Assembly (NCBI GenBank): GCA_038063735.1
Contig: JBBTUN010000004.1
Coordinates: forward strand, 106,646-170,645
Length of the DNA: 64,000 nucleotides
Direction of reading: 5' to 3'
Origin: Patescibacteria group bacterium
GTDB lineage: Bacteria > Patescibacteriota > Microgenomatia > Curtissbacterales > GWA2-41-24
Part shown: piece by piece, positions 57,769-64,000 of the stretch
Position numbering within the stretch: position 1 is the first letter of the stretch
Layout: the number at the start of each line of letters is the position of its first letter
Program-made: the position numbers and the translations under genes
Notes under the pieces: generated by a model
The model's database searches: none
What the model was told of the DNA's origin: nothing
Seen by the model: the letters and a program-made list of their open reading frames with translations, nothing else

Positions 57769-59023
57769 ATTTTAATTCAACTTTTCCGATTCCAGGATAA
57801 ACGCCCATCCAAAAACCATTGCTCATAATCTTATCACTAAATTTTAGATTTCCAACCACCCTATGTTTTATTTTGCAATATGCTGGATGACGCAATAAAT
57901 TTCCTGCAAAAAGACTTCTAGTTTCTATTTTGTTACTTTGCAAATAATTAACTATCGCTAGCCTATTAAATGGTGCGTTGTCTCGAATCGCCAACATAAA
58001 TCCAAACCAACATGGATCAGATTTAATATCCCACTTCGGCAGAACAAAAAAGTTATCAAATTTCTTAAGTTCCTCGTATAGAAACTGGTGGTTTTCTTGT
58101 CTTGCTTTGATAAAACCGGGGAGCTTATCAAGCTGTGCGACTCCTATTGCAGCCTGAATGTCTGTAGCCTTTAAATTAAATCCAATATGTGAATATGTAT
58201 ACTTATGGTCATATCCATAAGGTAACTTGCCAAGTTTGAAAGAAAACCGTCTACCACACCTGTTATCCTGACCTGTCCTGCACCAGCAGTCTCGTCCCCA
58301 CTCGCAAAAGGAATTTACAAGAACATGTAAATCGGGGTTACTGGTAACAACAGCTCCGCCTTCCCCCATTGTTATTTGATGGGCAGGGTAAAAGGAAAAA
58401 GTGCCTATGTCCCCAAACGTAGATACATAACGGCCGGCAAACTTTGAACCCAATGCGTCACAGCAATCTTCAATAAGCCAGAGTCCGTGCTTCTTGGCAA
58501 TTTTAGCTACTTTCTCAGCGTCAAATGGATTCCCGAGGGTATGGGCAAGTATTATAGCCTTCGTTTTGTTTGTGATCGCTTTTTCGATCATTTCAACTTC
58601 AGCGTTTCTTGTTTCAAGGTTAACGTCAACAAAAACAGGTACAGCGCCAAATTGAATGATTGGGTTTACTGTTGTAGGGAAAGAGCAAGCTGCCGTGATA
58701 ACCTCGTCCCCGGGTAAAATTCTCCTTTTGCCAAGTTTTGGAGAAGTCAACGCATAAAAAGCGGCTAAGTTGGCGCTTGAACCGGAATTTGTTATAGTCA
58801 CTAACTTTACGCCCAAAAAATTTCCTAATTTTTTGCAAAACTCTTCAGCATAATGACCTTCAGTTAACCAAAATTCCAATGATGCCTCGACAGCCTTTTC
58901 AATTTCATTATGATCAAAGACACGTCCTGCAACTTTTACAGGAGTGACCCTAGGAATAAATATCTGTTTTTTATGATTTTCGGTATAATACCTACGAATA
59001 AATGCCTGAAGCTGTTTGTCCAT
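57722..59023 (-). CDS. CDP-4-keto-6-deoxyhexose 3-dehydrase (E1; RfbH/DdhC/AscC family of the DegT superfamily)
   Basis: The N-terminus resembles RfbH (…ASLEFWLTEGHYAEEF…NSGSSANL). The exact E1 [2Fe-2S] spacing C-X57-C-X1-C-X7-C is present: DCC…(57)…CWCRTGQDNRC. Confidence 0.7.
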   Translation of the reverse strand: MDKQLQAFIRRYYTENHKKQIFIPRVTPVKVAGRVFDHNEIEKAVEASLEFWLTEGHYAEEFCKKLGNFLGVKLVTITNSGSSANLAAFYALTSPKLGKRRILPGDEVITAACSFPTTVNPIIQFGAVPVFVDVNLETRNAEVEMIEKAITNKTKAIILAHTLGNPFDAEKVAKIAKKHGLWLIEDCCDALGSKFAGRYVSTFGDIGTFSFYPAHQITMGEGGAVVTSNPDLHVLVNSFCEWGRDCWCRTGQDNRCGRRFSFKLGKLPYGYDHKYTYSHIGFNLKATDIQAAIGVAQLDKLPGFIKARQENHQFLYEELKKFDNFFVLPKWDIKSDPCWFGFMLAIRDNAPFNRLAIVNYLQSNKIETRSLFAGNLLRHPAYCKIKHRVVGNLKFSDKIMSNGFWMGVYPGIGKVELKYVVSKFEEYCYQYSR

Positions 59024-59064
59024 ACGCTATATATTAGCTGCCAAACAAAAACAAGTAAATATTA

Positions 59065-59997
59065 ATGAAAAAAATAAGTATTGTTACCCCCCTCTTTAAC
59101 GAAGAAGAAAATGTCAAAGAGCTTTATAAACAAATAAGCGATTTGATGGCAAAAGAAAAAAACTATCAATTCGAAATTATAGCGGTTGAACACGGTTCAA
59201 GCGATTCTACGTTCAAAATCTTAAAATCCATACGCAAAAAAGATCCAAGGCTGAAAATTATTCAACTTTCTAGAAATTTCGGTAATGTTGATGCAGCAAT
59301 TAGCGCCGGACTCAATTTTTCAAGCGGGGATGCAGCTGTGATTTTAATGGGAGACCTACAAGAACCACCCGCACTCATTTCGAGTTTCTTAAGAAAGTGG
59401 GAAGAAGGTTACGAGATTGTATACGGAACGATTAAAAAAAGAGCAGATAATTCACTTATTCGTAAATTTAACTCCCTACTGTTCTATAAAATATTAAGGT
59501 TTGCAACCGGAAAAATGTTTCCTGAAAATGCGTCAGATTATAGGCTTGTCGATAAAAAAGTATACGAGGTGATAAATAGCATGGGGGAAAGAAACAAATT
59601 CCTTAAAGGACTAACATTCTGGACTGGCTTTACTCAAATTGGTATCCCATACAATAGATCGCCGAGATTTGCTGGCGAGTCTAAAGCAGATTTCATTACT
59701 GTGCTTAAGGTAGCCGTAAATGGGATATTATCATTTTCCTACATACCGCTAAGGCTAGTGACAATATTGGGGTTTGTACTTGCAATAGCTTCTTTCTTCA
59801 TACTGTCTTTAGAAATCATTTTATTTTTAGCCTTGGGTAGAGAAGCAAAAGGAGTTCTAACAATTGTAGTTTTAATTAGCTTTTTGTTTGGCATGTTATT
59901 TGTGATCCTTGGTGTTATTGGAGAATATATTGCCAGAATTTACGACGAAGTTAAGCAAAGACCAATTTATATAGTCAAGAAAAAAATTGGTATCTAA
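59065..59997 (+). CDS. GT2 polyprenyl-phosphate sugar synthase with C-terminal TM helices (ArnC/GtrB-like)
   Basis: SIVTPLFNEEENV…IIAVEHGSSDST…DLQEPP motifs. Two hydrophobic helices at the C-terminus. Confidence 0.7.
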   Translation: MKKISIVTPLFNEEENVKELYKQISDLMAKEKNYQFEIIAVEHGSSDSTFKILKSIRKKDPRLKIIQLSRNFGNVDAAISAGLNFSSGDAAVILMGDLQEPPALISSFLRKWEEGYEIVYGTIKKRADNSLIRKFNSLLFYKILRFATGKMFPENASDYRLVDKKVYEVINSMGERNKFLKGLTFWTGFTQIGIPYNRSPRFAGESKADFITVLKVAVNGILSFSYIPLRLVTILGFVLAIASFFILSLEIILFLALGREAKGVLTIVVLISFLFGMLFVILGVIGEYIARIYDEVKQRPIYIVKKKIGI

Positions 59998-60635
59998 GAA
60001 GACAAGTGCCCAATGTTCACCATTCTGACATAGGATCTATCGGCAACACCATTAGCACTTTTAGGAAGCTTCACCCACTTAACATCTCCGTTTACAACTG
60101 TCTCCATAAGAGGTATTTTCCTCACAGTTTTAAATCCGCAACGTTTATAAAGATTCACTGCTCTTACATTATCATTAAATGTTATTAAATAGAGCCTGTC
60201 TATATTTAAATTTTTAAAACCCCAACTGACTAAGGTGGTAACACATGTAGTCATCAGCCCAGGAATATTTTTTAAACCTCTCACGACATTATCTAACTCG
60301 CATGAGTTATCCCTTCGTCTGTACCTATAAAAACCTAGATGCCCATAAAACCTACCGTACTCATCCTCAATTGCGAACAAAATCCTGTCCTGATTATCAA
60401 TGACTAAATCCTTTAACCATTTTTTTGTCCTTTTGACAGTAACTTTAAACGTGTCACCAAACCAGAAAGCCTCCCTCCTTCTCCACAAAGCTATATTCTT
60501 TATAAGAATTTTATTTTCAACATCTGCATTGTTTATTACGCGAAGAAAAATTATTATTGAGTGAATTTTGCCAACTTTAATAACAAATTTAGGCCTCTTC
60601 TTCAGAGCGTTTATTTTACTTGAATAATGAGACAT
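59994..60635 (-). CDS. GNAT-family N-acetyltransferase-like protein
   Basis: 213 aa. The C-terminal NVRAVNLYKRCGFK is a GNAT motif A/B-like region. Confidence 0.5.
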   Translation of the reverse strand: MSHYSSKINALKKRPKFVIKVGKIHSIIIFLRVINNADVENKILIKNIALWRRREAFWFGDTFKVTVKRTKKWLKDLVIDNQDRILFAIEDEYGRFYGHLGFYRYRRRDNSCELDNVVRGLKNIPGLMTTCVTTLVSWGFKNLNIDRLYLITFNDNVRAVNLYKRCGFKTVRKIPLMETVVNGDVKWVKLPKSANGVADRSYVRMVNIGHLSS

Positions 60636-60646
60636 TAATTTAGAGC

Positions 60647-61756
60647 TTATTTAGTTAGCTTGCGGACTAAACAGTCTGAAATATAATTTACTTGTTCTTC
60701 CGTAAGATTCACACCACTTGGAAGATTAATACCATTTAGGCCAAGATGATGGGCGACAGGTGTGTTAATTTCCTTATACATAGGAAACATGCTAACCGGA
60801 TAGAAAAATGGCCTTGTGTCAACGAGCTGTTTAGCCATTGCCCTCATTAATTGATCGCGGGTATATTCAAATTTTTTGTCTAAAACAATAGATGACATCC
60901 ATTTATTTGACCTAGTATTTGTTTTGTCAGGATTCATGGATATTCCTCCTAATTTGCCAAGTTTGCGAGCATACCATTTAAATATTTTATTCTTTCTTCT
61001 GACAAACTCCTCAATACGCTCAATTTGAGCCAGTGCGAGGGCTGCTTGGATATTGGACATGTGATAGCTATATCCCACCCGTATTTGCCAAAATTTTCGC
61101 TTCGGATCTTTTCCATGCTCGTTTAGCATTCTTGCTTTGTCCAAATTCTTTTTGCTATTTGTAACGAGCATCCCACCAATTCCAGAAATAGCTATTTTTG
61201 CCCCCTGAAAGCTATATGCTCCAAAATCTCCGAATGTGCCAGGCTTTTTCCCCTTATATATAGAGCCTAATGCTGGAGCAGCATCCTCAACTACATAAAG
61301 TCCATGCTTTTTCGCTATGTTCATAATCTCATCCATCTCACAAAGATTTCCGTACATGTAAACAGGCATAATAGCTTTAGTACGGCTACTGATAGCCTTT
61401 TTAATTTTATCTGGGTCAATGCACCATGTGTCTGGCAAAACATCTATAAAAATTGGTTTTGCTCCAAGACGCATAACTACATCGGAAGCTGCGTAAAAAG
61501 CTAAATCAGGCAAAATAACTTCATCCCCCGGCTTGATATCCAAGCAGGCAAGTGCAAGTTGCATAGCGCCGGTCGCCCCAGACACAGCCATTACGTATTT
61601 GGAACCAATATAATTTGCAAATTTTCTTTCAAGTTTTTCTTTGTAATCAAACATATGATAATTCCACCCGTTAGTGACTGCATCATTTACATAATTAATT
61701 TCTTTTTGAGTAATAGAAGGGCCAGCCGTTAATATCATCCCGTGTGGTCTATACAT
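60647..61756 (-). CDS. DegT/DnrJ/EryC1/StrS family PLP-dependent sugar aminotransferase
   Basis: 369 aa with family-typical organisation: GDEVILPD…AIMPVYMYG…GGMLVTN. Confidence 0.8.
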   Translation of the reverse strand: MYRPHGMILTAGPSITQKEINYVNDAVTNGWNYHMFDYKEKLERKFANYIGSKYVMAVSGATGAMQLALACLDIKPGDEVILPDLAFYAASDVVMRLGAKPIFIDVLPDTWCIDPDKIKKAISSRTKAIMPVYMYGNLCEMDEIMNIAKKHGLYVVEDAAPALGSIYKGKKPGTFGDFGAYSFQGAKIAISGIGGMLVTNSKKNLDKARMLNEHGKDPKRKFWQIRVGYSYHMSNIQAALALAQIERIEEFVRRKNKIFKWYARKLGKLGGISMNPDKTNTRSNKWMSSIVLDKKFEYTRDQLMRAMAKQLVDTRPFFYPVSMFPMYKEINTPVAHHLGLNGINLPSGVNLTEEQVNYISDCLVRKLTK

Positions 61757-61778
61757 GATAAGTAATAAATGTTACAAG

Positions 61779-63581
61779 CTATAAGTTATTTTCAGCAGTT
61801 GATTTTACAATCATATTGGATTCTAGCTCCTTGGGCAATAGCAAAGGAAAAAGATCCTCATATGGTCTGGATACCATAGAACCGTCCGCCCGTTTCACCG
61901 AATGAATTCTAGGCACAACCAATTGCCAATGCCCTGACCTAACGTCACACAATACTGGGCCAGGATAAGAGAGTACTTGTTTTATCTTTTTGTCGATTTC
62001 TCGAGTGTTGTTAATTCTTATTCCACGAATTCCATAAGAGCTAGCTATTTTCAAAATATCTGGAAACCACAATCCCGTTTTTGGGCTCTCACCCATGAGT
62101 CGACCGGCCATATGTGTTTTTTGAGTATGTCTAATTAGCAAATAGCCATTATTGTTAATGACAAAAATTTTAATAGGCAAATTGTTTTGCTTTACTGTAG
62201 CCAGTTCTTGAATATTCATTTGTAAACAGCCATCCCCCGTTACAACAATCGTTCTTTTACCTCCAGAAGCTATACATGCTCCTACGCTACTTGGCCAGTA
62301 TCCCATTGTTGAAATTCCTCCTGTCGTGATAAACCTTTGACCCTTTTTTAAATTCCACGTTTGGCAAACAACATGAAATGGGGAGCTGGTATCAACAACT
62401 ATGGTGTCACGATCGGATGCAAATTTAGATAACCGTTCTGTAAAGTAATACGAATTTACTAGAGCCTCTCTTTTGTAATGGGGCAAAACCATAGGATATT
62501 TTTTTCTCCAGGAAGCACATACACGAGTCCAATTATCAAAGCCTGGAAGCCTCTTTCTATTGATAGATTTTAGTAGTTTTTCAAGAAATACTTTTACGTC
62601 TTTATTTATTTTAAAGTCGATATTGATACCTGGTTTATTTAATTCGAAAACATCTATGTCGACTACAATTTTTTTTGCATGTCTACCCCAATCCTTAGCA
62701 TCATAACCAATAATACCTGTATCAAGCCTTGTTCCCAGGCAGATAATTAAATCGGCATTTTGAATAGCAAAATTTGCAGCTCGCTCTGGGTATAGTCCCG
62801 GCCTGCCAACAAAAAGTGGGTTAGTGCTTTCAATAAGGTCAATGCCAAGTCTTGTTGTTTCAACTGGAATTTTTAAAGTTGAGACTACTTCTTTAAAAAG
62901 TTTCTCGGCCATTCCTGTTCTAATGCCCTGACCAGCCAAGATAAGTGGTCGGCGTGATTTATAGATTATTTCCAAAACTCTGTTTATCTCCTCACTGGAA
63001 ATTTCAGCTATTTTAGGAAATTTTGGTTCAACAAATTTTTGTAAAAGCTTTTCGGGAACTTCCATCCTTTGAATGTCCAGTGGTACCTCTATCCATACAG
63101 GACCGCGCCTTCCAGACATCGCCCAAAAATAAGCCTCCTCCATGTAATGCTTAACACTTGCAGGGTCATCTATTGTTTTAAAGTACTTGGTTACAGATTT
63201 GGCAATTGGTGCGATGTTAATCCCTTGAAGGCCGAACTGCCTAATTTTTGTTTCCTGCATATAAGAAACCGTAGAGTGTGATGATTGCCCGGAAATGACC
63301 AGCATAGGGGCAGAATCTACATACGCGCCAACAACCCCATTTAAGACATTTATTGCTCCCGGGCCTGCCGTTACCATAGCCACACCCATTTTCCCACTAA
63401 TTCTGCCATATGCTTCAGCCGCCATTCCGGTCGCTTGTTCATGATGATTGAATACAGGTTTAATTTTTTTATTTCGAAAGACCGCATCATTTAAAAACAT
63501 TGCCTGTCCGCCAGTAACCATAAACACAGTGTCAACTCCTCTGCTTTCCAAGAATTTCACAATGTAGTCAGATACAGTCAT
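61779..63581 (-). CDS. Thiamine-diphosphate-dependent enzyme of the acetolactate synthase/YerE family
   Basis: 600 aa. N-terminal TPP_enzyme_N (GVDTVFMVTGGQAM…HHEQATGMAAEAYGR), a central domain and a C-terminal TPP-binding domain (GDGCLQMNIQELAT). Confidence 0.75.
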   Translation of the reverse strand: MTVSDYIVKFLESRGVDTVFMVTGGQAMFLNDAVFRNKKIKPVFNHHEQATGMAAEAYGRISGKMGVAMVTAGPGAINVLNGVVGAYVDSAPMLVISGQSSHSTVSYMQETKIRQFGLQGINIAPIAKSVTKYFKTIDDPASVKHYMEEAYFWAMSGRRGPVWIEVPLDIQRMEVPEKLLQKFVEPKFPKIAEISSEEINRVLEIIYKSRRPLILAGQGIRTGMAEKLFKEVVSTLKIPVETTRLGIDLIESTNPLFVGRPGLYPERAANFAIQNADLIICLGTRLDTGIIGYDAKDWGRHAKKIVVDIDVFELNKPGINIDFKINKDVKVFLEKLLKSINRKRLPGFDNWTRVCASWRKKYPMVLPHYKREALVNSYYFTERLSKFASDRDTIVVDTSSPFHVVCQTWNLKKGQRFITTGGISTMGYWPSSVGACIASGGKRTIVVTGDGCLQMNIQELATVKQNNLPIKIFVINNNGYLLIRHTQKTHMAGRLMGESPKTGLWFPDILKIASSYGIRGIRINNTREIDKKIKQVLSYPGPVLCDVRSGHWQLVVPRIHSVKRADGSMVSRPYEDLFPLLLPKELESNMIVKSTAENNL

Positions 63582-63586
63582 CTAAT

Positions 63587-64000
63587 TTATATTAATGCTT
63601 CAATTGGGTTTTCTCTCTCTATGGCGCTTTTTTTCTGTTTTAGGTTTGCCGCAATATCCACAATTATATCTTCTTGGCCAGCCACTATCTTCCTTCGCCC
63701 CAGTTCAACAAGTATGTCTCGGGCATCCACACCAAATCTTTTCGCAGCCATTCTAGCATGTGGAGCAAATCCACTAAAAACTCCGGCAAGTCCACTCGTA
63801 AGGCTGATGGCACTTATTTCCTGCGGTTTTTTCATAATCTTTGCGGTTATCTTTTCGCTATTGTCCATAAGTTTAAAAAGATCAAGATCTAATTTGTAGC
63901 CCTTCCTCATTAGAACGGCAACGATTACTTCAAGCTGACAATTACCTGCGCCTGCCCCCAACCCCCTAGATGTAGTGTCGATTATCTTAGCACCAGCCTC
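63587..64000 (-). CDS. 4-hydroxy-2-oxovalerate aldolase (DmpG/MhpE/BphI family), C-terminal part. The gene continues beyond the window end.
   Basis: The frame is open to position 64000. It has GLGAGAGNCQLE and DARDILVELGRRKIVAGQEDIIVDIA, matching the DmpG catalytic-domain end and the DmpG_comm domain. Confidence 0.65.
   Translation of the reverse strand, partial: EAGAKIIDTTSRGLGAGAGNCQLEVIVAVLMRKGYKLDLDLFKLMDNSEKITAKIMKKPQEISAISLTSGLAGVFSGFAPHARMAAKRFGVDARDILVELGRRKIVAGQEDIIVDIAANLKQKKSAIERENPIEALI

Noticed and set aside
1-64000. Search for CRISPR arrays, tRNA/rRNA genes, transposases, integrases, and toxin-antitoxin or restriction-modification systems.
   Set aside because: No repeat-spacer periodicity was found. 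No cloverleaf or rRNA-like conserved stretches and no DDE or tyrosine-recombinase-like ORFs are present. The SAM methyltransferases are small class I sugar/small-molecule types without DNA-MTase motifs such as DPPY or PCQ.

Overview
Low-GC (~30%) window densely packed with more than 60 genes, many joined by ATGA/TAATG overlaps. It is essentially one large glycan-biosynthesis island. No rRNA, tRNA, CRISPR array, transposase or integrase is detectable. The features that stand out are listed below.

- **GT-C glycosyltransferases.** There are at least 13 large polytopic membrane proteins of the GT-C fold. Many carry the PMT/ArnT-type 'DE' loop-1 motif. They include a 5-gene tandem paralog array at 1-7251 and one PIG-V-like member.
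- **Polyprenyl-phosphate GT2 synthases.** Five or six small GT2 enzymes of the DPM1/ArnC/GtrB type are present, plus a small 4-TM ArnE/F-like protein and a DUF2304-like protein. This is the architecture of ArnC/ArnE-F/ArnT-type pathways, repeated several times over.
- **Nonulosonic-acid operon.** A 12-gene minus-strand operon (50302->37279) encodes a complete legionaminic/sialic-acid-type pathway. It has a NeuC-like hydrolysing 2-epimerase, a NeuB-like synthase with a SAF domain, a NeuA-like CMP-transferase, a DegT aminotransferase and a hexapeptide acetyltransferase. It also carries a formyltransferase, a PIG-L deacetylase and a Zn-ribbon C-methyltransferase-like gene. A putative GT-B transferase with an HP motif and a GT-C gene sit at its downstream end.
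- **Other sugar-nucleotide modules.** WecB plus a UDP-sugar 6-dehydrogenase plus a Gfo/Idh/MocA oxidoreductase plus an N-formyltransferase. RmlC and RmlD. Multiple SDR epimerase/dehydratases. Seven cytoplasmic GT4 glycosyltransferases. Three SAM methyltransferases.
- **3' end.** An RfbH/DdhC (E1)-type 3-dehydrase with the exact C-X57-C-X1-C-X7-C [2Fe-2S] motif is followed by two DegT aminotransferases, a GNAT, a ThDP-dependent acetolactate-synthase-like (YerE-like) enzyme and a DmpG-type 4-hydroxy-2-oxovalerate aldolase truncated at the window end. Together these suggest a branched or modified dideoxy-sugar pathway.
- **Small features.** An unannotated 45-aa lysine-rich histone-H1-like gene with a strong RBS and its own terminator. 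A G7A8 homopolymeric tract inside a GT-C gene, a candidate phase-variation site. A likely frameshifted GT-C N-terminus. A 17-bp direct repeat.

The lineage cannot be assigned from sequence alone. The compact overlapping gene organisation and the abundance of PMT-like genes would fit an uncultivated small-genome bacterium, possibly CPR-like; this is inference only.
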